Assembly (NCBI GenBank): GCA_045600445.1
Contig: JAZRXZ010000052.1
Location: forward strand, 18,771 to 82,770
Origin: Bacteroidales bacterium
GTDB taxonomy: Bacteria; Bacteroidota; Bacteroidia; Bacteroidales; UBA3663
Reading direction: 5' to 3'
DNA length: 64,000 bases
Part shown: in pieces, positions 51,920-62,127 of the stretch
Position numbering within the stretch: the stretch's first letter is position 1
Layout of the letters: each line of letters starts with the position of its first letter
Notes under the pieces: generated by a model
Told to the model about the DNA's origin: nothing
The model's input: the letters and a program-made list of their open reading frames with translations, nothing else
Database searches by the model: none
Program-made: the position numbers and the translations under genes

Positions 51920-51953
51920 AAAAAATAAAAGGGCGAGCAAAAACCCGCCCTTT
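51920..51953 (-). terminator. Rho-independent terminator of tpiA
   Basis: Minus strand: AAAGGGCGGG-TTTTTGC-TCGCCCTTT followed by TATTTTTT. Confidence 0.7.
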
Positions 51954-51967
51954 GGATTCTTATGAAA

Positions 51968-52723
51968 TTATTTCCAAGCCTCAATGATTGGCATGAAAGT
52001 ATCAACCTTAAGAGCAGCGCCACCAATCAAGCCGCCATCGATATCTGGCTGAGCGAAGAGTTCAGGAGCATTGCTACCCTTGCAAGAACCACCATAGAGG
52101 ATAGAGCAGTTGTCTGCAACCTCAGCGTTGTACTTAGCAGCGATAGAAGCACGAATGAAAGCATGAACTTCCTGAGCCTGCTCGCTTGTAGCAGTAAGAC
52201 CAGTACCGATTGCCCAAACTGGCTCGTAAGCAACTACACTCTTAGCGAAATCTTCAGCAGAAAGAGTATACATAGCCTCCATCTGACCTTCAATAACTGC
52301 CTTGAAAGTACCGTTCTCACGCTCTTCCTTAACCTCACCTACACAGAAAATTGGAGTAAGACCGTTTGCAAGAGCCTGCTGAAGCTTAGCAACGAGAATC
52401 TCGTTGTTCTCGCCATGATACTGACGACGCTCAGAGTGACCAAGGATAACATACTTAGCACCAGTAGAAGCAACCATGTTAGCAGCAACTTCACCTGTGT
52501 AAGCACCCTTATCGTGAGCAGAACAATCCTCTGCACCAACACCAATTACAGAACCTTCTACAGCCTTAACTACAGAAGCAACTGAAATAAATGGAGTACA
52601 AACTACGACATCACAATTTACTGTCTTGCCTGCGAGAGCTTCCTTAAGACCCTCTGCAAGAGCTACGCCTTCCTGGAGAGTAGTATTCATCTTCCAGTTA
52701 CCAGCAACGATCTTTTTTCTCAT
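51968..52723 (-). CDS. tpiA: Triose-phosphate isomerase
   Basis: [14 protein letters not shown] and [11 protein letters not shown] motifs. Confidence 0.95.
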   Translation of the reverse strand: MRKKIVAGNWKMNTTLQEGVALAEGLKEALAGKTVNCDVVVCTPFISVASVVKAVEGSVIGVGAEDCSAHDKGAYTGEVAANMVASTGAKYVILGHSERRQYHGENNEILVAKLQQALANGLTPIFCVGEVKEERENGTFKAVIEGQMEAMYTLSAEDFAKSVVAYEPVWAIGTGLTATSEQAQEVHAFIRASIAAKYNAEVADNCSILYGGSCKGSNAPELFAQPDIDGGLIGGAALKVDTFMPIIEAWK

Positions 52724-52765
52724 TTTTGAAAGTTTTATTAAAAAAATTAATATGAAATATTCAAA

Positions 52766-54064
52766 TTAAATATCGGTTTTCTGCGCTTTTGATTTGTCTT
52801 TTTTAGATTTTAGTGCTAAGACAATCTTTTCAATAGGCAAATATACAATAATTGGTGATAACATCAAAAATAGTAGCCAAAAAACTTTAGTTTTAGCTTT
52901 GTCATCAATTATTTCTCCATAAGTCTGTTCAGTTAACTTTGCAGATGTTATCGCATCAACATCAAGATTACTTAGACAAGTTTTCCAAAGAATTGTACCT
53001 TCCTTCAGCAATACGACACCAGGATTTGCGCGAATAACAGTTTCTAAAATTGTAGCATCACTGTACAAATACTCATATTCAGCGCCTGTACGGTATTTCC
53101 ATTTGTTAACTTGAACTGAATCATTAAGAGTTACACAATAAAAATTATAACCCTCTTCAATAGTATATTCATAAAGATTTTCAATTCTATCCAGATATTT
53201 TTCTTCGGCTGTAGCCAGATTAGGAGATACTAGAAGGAATGTATAATTTGGATCAGTTAATACAGTTTCAGTGTAGTCACCACCAAATTCATCAAATAAG
53301 AAGAAATCTGAAATTGCTGGTTCTTCGACCGTTGCATTCTTACCGTCATTAGTCAGTTCCTTAGTCTCAACAAATTCCCAACCAGAACCTTCGTCTGGAA
53401 GTTCAGTTAATGGAAATTCTTTCTTTTCGCCGTCTTTTTCGTAGACGCAAACATAAGTAATCTCGTCAGAAACAGAATCAGTGCCCATTGCTGAGAATAT
53501 ATTAACTCCTGGTCTATAAGGACGAAAATCGATTAATGGCAATAAATTCGTTCCAATGTAGCAAAGACCGATAGCAATCGCTAATTCCCAATAAGTTATA
53601 ATAGTCGCAAAGTCTTTTCTTGTAGGTTGGTAACAAAAACTTCTATATAGCAATAGTATAACTACACAAATAGACAAAACAATATTTTTCCAGAAAGTTT
53701 CCCAATTAGAAAGAACTATTGCATCTCCAAAGCAACCACAATCTCTAACTGGATTCTCAAGGGCTAGATACAAGGTCAGAGGAGTAAACACCAACATAAA
53801 CAATCCAGCCAAGGTTGCAAAGAAGCGAAGGTTTCTCGCAAAAAGGACATGTAAGCCTATCAAAAATTCCATAAGACATAGAACCCATGACAAGAATAAA
53901 GTCCAATCATTAAGCCAACCTAATCCTAGTACAGCAAAATAGTCATGAAACTTTATGCTTGTTCCTATAGGATCGATACACTTAACAATTCCACTTACAA
54001 TAAAAGTAAAACCAATAACAACTTGGCTTATAATAGCAAGGAATCTTTTCATTCTGCTTCGCAA
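52766..54064 (-). CDS. DoxX/MauE-type membrane domain fused to a thioredoxin-like C-terminal domain (BT_3928-like)
   Basis: Four or five N-terminal TM helices and a conserved position next to tpiA/DUF1599 as in Bacteroides (from memory). Confidence 0.55.
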   Translation of the reverse strand: MRSRMKRFLAIISQVVIGFTFIVSGIVKCIDPIGTSIKFHDYFAVLGLGWLNDWTLFLSWVLCLMEFLIGLHVLFARNLRFFATLAGLFMLVFTPLTLYLALENPVRDCGCFGDAIVLSNWETFWKNIVLSICVVILLLYRSFCYQPTRKDFATIITYWELAIAIGLCYIGTNLLPLIDFRPYRPGVNIFSAMGTDSVSDEITYVCVYEKDGEKKEFPLTELPDEGSGWEFVETKELTNDGKNATVEEPAISDFFLFDEFGGDYTETVLTDPNYTFLLVSPNLATAEEKYLDRIENLYEYTIEEGYNFYCVTLNDSVQVNKWKYRTGAEYEYLYSDATILETVIRANPGVVLLKEGTILWKTCLSNLDVDAITSAKLTEQTYGEIIDDKAKTKVFWLLFLMLSPIIVYLPIEKIVLALKSKKDKSKAQKTDI

Positions 54065-54591
54065 ACAAGTTTAATAAGGGCAAATAGACTATAATTGATC
54101 ATGTCCATATAATTAGCATCGATTCCTTCTGATATCAATGTTTTACCTTCATGATCTTCTATTTGCTTAGTTCTGTTGATCTTCATTAAGATCAAGTCGA
54201 CATAACTGCTAACTCGCATCAATCGCCATGCTTCATCATAATCATGGTTCTTCTTTTCAAGGAGTTCAAGTGTCACCTTAATATATTCATCATATAATGT
54301 GACAACTTGATCAGGGGTCATATCAACATTCTCTGCATGTCCATATTTCAGCTGTATCAATCCCATTACTCCATAGTTTACTATACCTACAAATTCCGGT
54401 ACAATGCCCTCTCCTACTAATGACTCACCTTTGACTTGAAGGCTACGTATACGATTTGCTTTTATGTATATTTGATCTGTAACAGATTCAGGTCGCATAA
54501 TACGCCAAGAAGCACCATAGTCATAAGTTTTTTTTGTAAAAACCTCACGACACATACCTGTTACTACAGAGAGTTCTTCGTTTGTATTCAT
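54049..54591 (-). CDS. DUF1599 domain protein
   Basis: Duplicated motif KKTYDYGASWRIMRPESVTDQIYIKANRIRSLQ / KKNHDYDEAWRLMRVSSYVDLILMKINRTKQIE. Confidence 0.7.
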   Translation of the reverse strand: MNTNEELSVVTGMCREVFTKKTYDYGASWRIMRPESVTDQIYIKANRIRSLQVKGESLVGEGIVPEFVGIVNYGVMGLIQLKYGHAENVDMTPDQVVTLYDEYIKVTLELLEKKNHDYDEAWRLMRVSSYVDLILMKINRTKQIEDHEGKTLISEGIDANYMDMINYSLFALIKLVCEAE

Positions 54592-54595
54592 ATTA

Positions 54596-55609
54596 TTAAT
54601 TTTTTATAATTTCAATTCCTAAAGTCTTTGCTTTTTCTATCGATAGCTGACTTGAAGCGTCAATGTCATAATAAGATTTGTTTGGGACAAATAATTCCAA
54701 TCCTCCGAGTTCAGAACTTGGTGAAGAAATAACTTCTTTATTAACTTCATAGAAATATGGCCAAAATTCACTACTACCTAATAATCTTTGTGACAAACTT
54801 GTCAACCGGTCAGATTCTGTAGCAATAATCTTTACTGGAATACCCAAACTATCAAGAAGAAGGTTTTCCTCAATGACAAGATTTGATAAAGTATCTGAAT
54901 TTTCACACAAAGAATCTGCTATTTCAGATAAATCTTCGTTATCTTCTATTTCTTGTACCGAACTACGATTAAAATAATATATTATTGAAGCCAATATAAG
55001 AATAATAAAAATAGAAAGATACACTAGTCTATGACTCTGACGAGCAGAAATTTCAATATGTTCTATCGGTTTAGCTTCAGTATTATCGTCTTCTTTTGGC
55101 TTTATTGGAGACAAGACACTGTCAGGTTCTGCTGATTTATCTTTTGAAACGGCAACTGAAGTTTCTACTTCATCAGTATTGGCAGAAATCGCTTGATCAG
55201 TATCTATTAGTTGATTATTATCAAGTTCTGAGCATCTACCACTATCCGACGTTTCAACTGGTTCTTCCTCAATGACAATAATACTACTAGATGCCTCTTC
55301 ATTTAATAATTCCTTAGCAAGAACTTCCTTTCCTTTATTTATAACGTATGGTTCAAAAAATGAAAATGGAGAATTAACTTCATCACGCATTATTTCAGAT
55401 AGCATCAATGCAACTCTTCGCATCTCAGATTGTTTAGTGTCAATAACAATGAATCGACCTAAACCTTGAATCTCAACATCTTCTCCATTTCTTACATGAG
55501 CAGAAATAACAGATGCAAATCCCGAAAGAAAACGCGATGCTTCTTCTTCCGATATTCCAGCATATTGAGATAGAATAATAGATAGTTTTTCTGTTTTAAT
55601 TACAGACAT
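54596..55609 (-). CDS. HU/CCDC81-like N-terminal domain membrane protein with a LysM/SPOR-like C-terminal domain
   Basis: HU-like N-terminus (EASRFLSGFASVISAHVRNGEDVEIQGLGRF), an acidic linker and one TM helix. Confidence 0.55.
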   Translation of the reverse strand: MSVIKTEKLSIILSQYAGISEEEASRFLSGFASVISAHVRNGEDVEIQGLGRFIVIDTKQSEMRRVALMLSEIMRDEVNSPFSFFEPYVINKGKEVLAKELLNEEASSSIIVIEEEPVETSDSGRCSELDNNQLIDTDQAISANTDEVETSVAVSKDKSAEPDSVLSPIKPKEDDNTEAKPIEHIEISARQSHRLVYLSIFIILILASIIYYFNRSSVQEIEDNEDLSEIADSLCENSDTLSNLVIEENLLLDSLGIPVKIIATESDRLTSLSQRLLGSSEFWPYFYEVNKEVISSPSSELGGLELFVPNKSYYDIDASSQLSIEKAKTLGIEIIKN

Positions 55610-55612
55610 GAG

Positions 55613-55876
55613 TTACTTGTTCAACTTAATAAAAGAATTAAATCGATAACTAATGCGAGGTGGCAATAAAACTACTTCACCAGTTTCGTCATTCGTTTGA
55701 ATATATTCAGGATGCTTGTGCGAAATGAATTGACCTAAGCCATCGATCTCAACAGTATGTCCTGAAATAGCCTCTTCTGCTAACACATGATTTAAGGCAG
55801 ATACCAATGCTGATACCTGTTGTTTATCAAGTTTTGACTTTTTCTGGACTTCTGATAAGAATTCTTTATGCGTCAT
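55613..55876 (-). CDS. HU family DNA-binding protein
   Basis: 87 aa. The KEFLSEV...VEIDGLGQF...PPRISYRF pattern fits HU/IHF. Confidence 0.75.
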   Translation of the reverse strand: MTHKEFLSEVQKKSKLDKQQVSALVSALNHVLAEEAISGHTVEIDGLGQFISHKHPEYIQTNDETGEVVLLPPRISYRFNSFIKLNK

Positions 55877-56008
55877 TATATATTATTTTATGGGCAAATA
55901 TATAAAATTTAATCGACATTTTTACATAATAATAAACAAAAAATGAATTAATCATGCCAAAATGACATTTTAGCACAGTTTTTGCTTTCATGAATTATTG
56001 TATTAAAG

Positions 56009-56016
56009 TATATTTG
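56009..56016 (+). promoter_or_regulatory. -7 box (TATATTTG) for clpC
   Basis: Exact TAnnTTTG about 24 nt upstream of the start at 56040. Confidence 0.5.
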
Positions 56017-56039
56017 CATTGAATTGAAAATATTGAATA

Positions 56040-58637
56040 TTGATGAATAAGTTTACACCACATCTAAGGCAGATTCTTGAATATAGCAAAGAAGAAGCCG
56101 TAAGACTTAATAACAATCAAATACGCCCTGAACATTTTATTCTCGGTATCATTAAAGATGGAGAAGGAATAGCAGTAGAAGCTTTAATTAGACAAGGTGT
56201 CAATCTCAATGATTTGAAATCCCAAATCGAATGGAATCTTGCAGAAGACAAATCTGGAGATATTGAAGTTGCAGACAAGAATCCTCTTGCCCGCGAAGCA
56301 GACCGTACTCTAAAACTTTCCCAACTTGAAGCACGAATGCTAAAGCAAAATGATATTGATTCTGAACATTTAGTTCTTGCAATCTTGAAGGACACTACTC
56401 TATCAATGAGTAAGCTTCTAGAGCAATATTGCGTCAATTATAATTCTTTCTTTAAGAATGTAGCTGATCTTGAAAAGATTAAACCAACAGATCAGAACAA
56501 TATTAATGCATCTGAACTACCAGGAACTGACGCAAATAGTCAGCCTAAAGCTTCATCTTCATACGAGGATGAGGATGATGAAGATGAATTGCCATATGGT
56601 CAAAACGAGAAAACAAAGAAGGCTCAACAGGCCTCTACTAACAACAATGGCGATAGTACAACTCCAACTCTTGATGCATTTGGTTTTGACTTGACCAAAG
56701 CAGCATTGGAAGGAAAATTAGATCCTGTAGTAGGAAGAGAGGTGGAGATTGAAAGAGTTGCACAAATCCTTTCTAGAAGGAAGAAAAACAACCCTATACT
56801 TCTTGGTGAACCTGGTGTAGGTAAAAGTGCAATTGTCGAAGGTCTCGCTCAACGTATTGTCGAAAAAAAGGTAAGCTGGCTTCTTGCCGACAAGAGAGTC
56901 GTATCTCTTGATATGGCAGGCCTTGTTGCCGGAACAAAGTACAGAGGTCAATTTGAAGAAAGACTTAAAAACATACTCAGAGAACTTCAAGACAATAAGG
57001 ATATCATTCTTTATATCGACGAAATTCATACAATGGTTGGTGCAGGAAATGCCCAGGGATCAATGGATGCCGCAAATATGCTAAAGCCAGCCTTGAGCCG
57101 AGGAGATATTCAATGCATAGGTTCTACTACACTTGATGAATTCCGTAAAACAATTGAGAAAGATGGAGCATTAGAACGTCGTTTCCAAAAGGTCATGGTT
57201 GAACCTACTTCTTATAATGACACATTGACAATACTTCATAACATTAAAGATCGTTATGAGGAACATCATAATGTTACTTACACAGATGATGCGCTTGAGG
57301 CATGTGTTCGTTATACAGAGAGGTACGTTAGTGACAGAAACTTCCCAGATAAAGCAATCGATGCAATGGACGAAGCTGGTTCAAGAATGCATCTATTCAG
57401 CGTTGAGACTCCTGAATCTTTTGAATCAATAGAAAAAGAGATTGAAAAAGTAAAGAAACAAAAAGACGAAGCTATACTCTCTCAAAATTATGAGGAAGCT
57501 GCAACTTACCGAGACCAGCAGAGAAGTCTTGAGAACCAATTGAAAGCAGAAAAGGAAAAGTGGGAATCAGAACAAAAGAACATACGCTCAATTGTTGATG
57601 CAGAAAAGATTGCAGAGGTAGTATCACAGATAACAGGTATTCCTCTATCTAAAGTAGCTTCAAGCGAAAGCGAAAAACTACTTAAACTTAGAGAAAAACT
57701 ATCAAGTGAGGTAATCGGACAAGACAAAGCTATTGATCGAGTTGTAAAAGCAATTCAACGTAATAGAATAGGACTGAAAGATCCAAATAAACCAATTGGA
57801 ACATTCTTATTCCTTGGTCCAACTGGTGTTGGTAAAACTTATCTTGCAAAGAAGCTTGCTGATGAACTCTTTGCAACAAAGAACAGCCTTATTCGCATTG
57901 ATATGAGCGAATACATGGAGAAATTCAGCACAAGTCGATTGATTGGCGCTGCACCAGGTTATATTGGATATGATGAAGGAGGGCAGTTAACGGAACAAGT
58001 ACGTAGACATCCATATAGCGTTGTCCTATTTGATGAAATTGAAAAGGCCGACAAAGAAGTATACAACCTAATGCTTCAACTATTTGATGAAGGCCACTTG
58101 ACTGACGCTTCTGGTCGAAAAGTAGATTTTAAGAATTGCATCATTATTCTCACTAGTAATATCGGAAGCCGCCAAATCAATGACTTCGGTAACGGAGTCG
58201 GCTTCTCAATGAGAACTGATGAAAGACAAAATGAGATGGCTCAGGCTATCGTACAGAAGGAACTGAAAAAGACTTTCTCTCCAGAATTCATCAATCGAAT
58301 TGATGACATAGTATCATTCGATCAGTTGACACATGAAGACATTCGTAAAATTGTTGATATCGAATTAAAGACTTCTCTAGATCGAATCGCTGAGATGGGT
58401 TATCAAGTAGAAGTATCAGACTGTGTTAAGGATTTCCTTGCCAACAAGGGTTATGATAGGCTATATGGCGCACGACCATTGAAGCGTGCAATACAAAATT
58501 ATATAGAGGATGCTTTATGTGAAGATTTATTGATGCATCAGGGCGATACAGAAAATAAACACATTAAAGTAGATATGCCTTTAGAGTCTGATTCTAAGAA
58601 TGGTAACGTAACGCCCGTCTTTACTTTCATTAAGTAA
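56040..58637 (+). CDS. clpC: ATP-dependent Clp protease ATP-binding subunit (ClpC type)
   Basis: Clp_N repeats, two Walker A motifs (GEPGVGKSA, GPTGVGKT) and a UVR-like linker (NYEEAATYRDQQ). An acidic insert (YEDEDDEDE) follows the N-domain. Confidence 0.9.
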   Translation: MMNKFTPHLRQILEYSKEEAVRLNNNQIRPEHFILGIIKDGEGIAVEALIRQGVNLNDLKSQIEWNLAEDKSGDIEVADKNPLAREADRTLKLSQLEARMLKQNDIDSEHLVLAILKDTTLSMSKLLEQYCVNYNSFFKNVADLEKIKPTDQNNINASELPGTDANSQPKASSSYEDEDDEDELPYGQNEKTKKAQQASTNNNGDSTTPTLDAFGFDLTKAALEGKLDPVVGREVEIERVAQILSRRKKNNPILLGEPGVGKSAIVEGLAQRIVEKKVSWLLADKRVVSLDMAGLVAGTKYRGQFEERLKNILRELQDNKDIILYIDEIHTMVGAGNAQGSMDAANMLKPALSRGDIQCIGSTTLDEFRKTIEKDGALERRFQKVMVEPTSYNDTLTILHNIKDRYEEHHNVTYTDDALEACVRYTERYVSDRNFPDKAIDAMDEAGSRMHLFSVETPESFESIEKEIEKVKKQKDEAILSQNYEEAATYRDQQRSLENQLKAEKEKWESEQKNIRSIVDAEKIAEVVSQITGIPLSKVASSESEKLLKLREKLSSEVIGQDKAIDRVVKAIQRNRIGLKDPNKPIGTFLFLGPTGVGKTYLAKKLADELFATKNSLIRIDMSEYMEKFSTSRLIGAAPGYIGYDEGGQLTEQVRRHPYSVVLFDEIEKADKEVYNLMLQLFDEGHLTDASGRKVDFKNCIIILTSNIGSRQINDFGNGVGFSMRTDERQNEMAQAIVQKELKKTFSPEFINRIDDIVSFDQLTHEDIRKIVDIELKTSLDRIAEMGYQVEVSDCVKDFLANKGYDRLYGARPLKRAIQNYIEDALCEDLLMHQGDTENKHIKVDMPLESDSKNGNVTPVFTFIK

Positions 58638-59618
58638 AGTAAACTGATTAGGGTAAAGCAATGATAGACGGCGACGTAGGACAACCAATCCTATGCCGCC
58701 TTTCTTTTTGTCGTCAATTCTATTATCATTATCAGGCGAGCCAATATTATTATCGGTCTTGAATTCTAATATTCCATCATTGACTGACAATTGTATAATA
58801 ATTGCATTGTCCTCATTAATCTCACCACAATGCTTGAAACAATTCTCAACCAAAGGAATCATCATCAATGGAGAAATTAATAAATCTTCTGAACCTTGAA
58901 TATTCGGTTCGAAAATCAAAGCTTTTGGATTACTTAGTCTTAACTTCTGAAGATCTACTAATTGCTTAAGATGCACAATTTCCTCTTTGATAGAAATTTT
59001 CTTTTGTTTGCTACTATAAGTGAGATATCGCATTAGATCAGACAAAGAAGTTACTGCTTTTGAAGCAGCTTCCTGATCTAACCAAACAAGCGCATCTATA
59101 TTATTAAGAGTATTATAAAGAAAGTGAGGATTCAACTGTGCTTTGAGCAATTGATTCTCGTTTTCAGAATTTATTAGTTTTACCTCTGTAAGATTCTCAT
59201 TAAGTATAATACTTAACAGAGCACTCAAAGTAAGAAAAATACAAATAATATAAAAAAGAATATATAGATTATGAATAAGTGACTGAATTGAAACTGGCAA
59301 TAGGTCATGAAACCAATAGAATACTACAGCTAAGGTAATACCACAGATCAAAACAAGCCAGCATCGGAAATATAACCAAAGCATTTCTTTAATTCCATAA
59401 TACCGAACAATTTCATTCTTCAACATACGATATTGAACCCAGGCATTTACAATTCCAATGACCGTTAACAATACCGTCAACATTGTCATTGGAATAAGCA
59501 GTACCAAAAAACCAATAGAGCCTGAAGACAAAATTATCTTCAGGAGCTCTATTGTTATAAATGATCCAATCAGTAAATATAATGATGGAAATAAAAAATA
59601 CTTTACGTTATTCATCAT
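58581..59618 (-). CDS. LytS-type sensor histidine kinase (His_kinase + HATPase_c), no cognate LytTR regulator adjacent
   Basis: Four or five TM helices, then LKAQLNPHFLYNTLNNI and a C-terminal GGIGL ATPase box. It overlaps the clpC 3' end by 57 nt. Confidence 0.75.
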   Translation of the reverse strand: MMNNVKYFLFPSLYLLIGSFITIELLKIILSSGSIGFLVLLIPMTMLTVLLTVIGIVNAWVQYRMLKNEIVRYYGIKEMLWLYFRCWLVLICGITLAVVFYWFHDLLPVSIQSLIHNLYILFYIICIFLTLSALLSIILNENLTEVKLINSENENQLLKAQLNPHFLYNTLNNIDALVWLDQEAASKAVTSLSDLMRYLTYSSKQKKISIKEEIVHLKQLVDLQKLRLSNPKALIFEPNIQGSEDLLISPLMMIPLVENCFKHCGEINEDNAIIIQLSVNDGILEFKTDNNIGSPDNDNRIDDKKKGGIGLVVLRRRLSLLYPNQFTLLNESKDGRYVTILRIRL

Positions 59619-59632
59619 AAAGAAGAAACTAC

Positions 59633-62116
59633 TTATTTGAGTTTCTTTGACTGTTCAGGAGATAAATTTACGCTCCAGCTACCACCTGTAGCAGACTTAA
59701 TCTTTAATCCTGATTTTACATTTGAAACATTAGTCACTAAAAGAGAAATGATCTTTCCATTTCTCCAAGCAAAGGAAACCTCATAGCCACCTCTTACACG
59801 AACGCCATTAAGATGACCTTCTTTCTTCCAATTAACTGGAAGAGCAGGAAGTAACTCAACACCATCCTTAATTGATGATTGAACAAGCATTTCAATAACG
59901 CCTGCGGAACCACCGAAATTACCATCAATCTGGAATGGATTATGAGCGTCTAAAAGATTAGGATATGTACCACCTCCTTTTATTCTATCAGGACCTTTAT
60001 ATTCATCAGGGGTAACAAACATCAGCAATTTTCGATAAATATGATATGCACTTGCTGAATCATGAAGACGAGCGAAAAGATTTACTCTCCAACCTGTACT
60101 CCATCCTGTTGTCTTATCACCCTTAATTTCGAGACTCTTGGCACAAGCTTTTGCTAAAGCAGGATTATTCTTCAAAGAAATATGGTGACCTGGGAACAAT
60201 CCAAAGAGATGTGACTGATGTCTGTGGTGCCAATCTTCATCTTCCCAATCATGGAACCATTCCTGAAGATTTCCTCTAGATCCGATCTTATATGGAAGAA
60301 GTTTCTTCAACGTAGAATTAAGAGTATCAATATACTGCTTATCACATCCAAGGGCTAATGCTGCATCACGAGTATCCAAGAGACATTCTCTAATCATAGC
60401 AAGATCGGCAGTTCCACCATAAAGAGTAGCAGCTTTTACGCCTTTATCAGTAATATACTTTGCTTCTGGAGAAGTGCCTGGTGCTGTAATTAAGTATCCA
60501 TCTTTTTCGATTAGCCAATCAAGGCAGAAATCTGCAGCACCCTTCATTACGGAATATACAGATGAAAGATAGTCTTTGTCTAAAGTAAAGGTATAGTGTT
60601 CCCAAAGATGAGTAGAAAGCCATGCTCCACCCATTGTCCAACAAGCCCAACATGGATCACCACCACGCTGACCTACTGGATTAGTCATACACCAAATATC
60701 ACTATTCTGACCAAGATTCCAACCTCTTTGTACTCCATAATAATTCTTTGCACTGATTTCACCACTCTTAGGGAGGTTCTTAATCCAGCCAATCATAGAA
60801 GAAAGTTGAAGTTCTCCTAAATTAGCGATTTCTGCAGGCCAATAGTTTTCTTCAACATTAATATTAGTAGTATAATTACTACTCCATGGTGGTGTCAAAT
60901 ATTCATTCCAGAGACCTTGAAGATTTGCTGGCACTCCTTCGGTACGTGAGGAAGAAATTAAAAGGTAGCGACCAAACTGGAAATATAATTCTTCCAAGTC
61001 TGGATTATAAGTTGATTCATCGACGTTCTTCTTCAATTGTTCATCTGTATCAAGAGCAAGAATAGAGCTATCAGTCTTTCCTAAATCAATCTCTACCCTA
61101 TTAAATAAATTCTGATAATCTGAGATATGTCTTGACTTTAATTCTTCATATGAGAACTTAGTAGCACTTTCAATACGTTTTTTTACATCAAGTTTATAGT
61201 TTCTTCCTTCTGTTGCCGGATTCTTATAAGGGCCATTGAAACTAGTGACATTACTGAAAATAACGATAGCTTCAGAACAGTCGGTAATCTCAATAACATC
61301 GTTATATGGAGTCTTTACAGATCCGTCCTTAACTACAACGCGAACTATTGTACGGAAATGAGTACCTCTTCTGCTGTCATAATTGAATTTTTCTTCTTCT
61401 CCATCATAATAGCCTGGCAAAGAATTGTAGGCAGCATATCCATCAACTACTAAATCTGCAATACCCGAAGAAGAAAGTTCAGGCACAAAGTCTAATGCTC
61501 TAATTCTATCCTTAATCTTCTCAGATACATTATATGCATTAGTCTTATATGGAAGAAGAGAATGAAAAGCAATTCGGGTATTAATATTCGCGCCATTTGC
61601 ACTCAACTTAAAAATAATTACAGAATCAGGTGCAGATGCAAAATATTCACGAGCGAAATCAACACCATTCTTTTGAAATTTATCAGAAGCAATAGCATTA
61701 CCAATATTCAGTGAACGATAATAATCTTTATATGAAGTATCTCCAACTAAATCAGTAAAAGTCAATGTTCCAAGAGGCTGATAATTTTCGCTATAATGGC
61801 CTTGAACCTGAACATTCAATTCATCTGCTTTCTTATAATCTTCATTAAACAATGCTTTGCGGATTTCTTTAATATGCTTATATGCATCTGGAGAATATGG
61901 TTCGCCTTCTGGCTCACCTGTCCATAATGTAATATCATTTAACGAGATTCTATTCTCATTAACTCCGCCATAAATTGAAGCGCCAAGGTTACCATTACCA
62001 ATAACCAAGGTTTCTTCGAAATAATTTGCAGGCTTACTATAATGTAGAGTTAAGTTATCGTTAGCAAACAAATTTGCCGATGATATAAACAAAGCTCCAA
62101 ATAATATATACTTCAT
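59633..62116 (-). CDS. Glycoside hydrolase family 95 (alpha-L-fucosidase type)
   Basis: Signal peptide. GH95 N-terminal pattern LHYSKPA...EETLVIGNGNLGASIYGG and a (alpha/alpha)6 core of matching length. Confidence 0.8.
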   Translation of the reverse strand: MKYILFGALFISSANLFANDNLTLHYSKPANYFEETLVIGNGNLGASIYGGVNENRISLNDITLWTGEPEGEPYSPDAYKHIKEIRKALFNEDYKKADELNVQVQGHYSENYQPLGTLTFTDLVGDTSYKDYYRSLNIGNAIASDKFQKNGVDFAREYFASAPDSVIIFKLSANGANINTRIAFHSLLPYKTNAYNVSEKIKDRIRALDFVPELSSSGIADLVVDGYAAYNSLPGYYDGEEEKFNYDSRRGTHFRTIVRVVVKDGSVKTPYNDVIEITDCSEAIVIFSNVTSFNGPYKNPATEGRNYKLDVKKRIESATKFSYEELKSRHISDYQNLFNRVEIDLGKTDSSILALDTDEQLKKNVDESTYNPDLEELYFQFGRYLLISSSRTEGVPANLQGLWNEYLTPPWSSNYTTNINVEENYWPAEIANLGELQLSSMIGWIKNLPKSGEISAKNYYGVQRGWNLGQNSDIWCMTNPVGQRGGDPCWACWTMGGAWLSTHLWEHYTFTLDKDYLSSVYSVMKGAADFCLDWLIEKDGYLITAPGTSPEAKYITDKGVKAATLYGGTADLAMIRECLLDTRDAALALGCDKQYIDTLNSTLKKLLPYKIGSRGNLQEWFHDWEDEDWHHRHQSHLFGLFPGHHISLKNNPALAKACAKSLEIKGDKTTGWSTGWRVNLFARLHDSASAYHIYRKLLMFVTPDEYKGPDRIKGGGTYPNLLDAHNPFQIDGNFGGSAGVIEMLVQSSIKDGVELLPALPVNWKKEGHLNGVRVRGGYEVSFAWRNGKIISLLVTNVSNVKSGLKIKSATGGSWSVNLSPEQSKKLK

Positions 62117-62127
62117 AATTCAGTTAA

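Noticed and set aside
51913-52026. N-terminal extension of the SPOR-protein ORF into tpiA
   Set aside because: The extension covers the tpiA terminator and overlaps the tpiA 3' end. A signal peptide begins at the internal ATG (51912).
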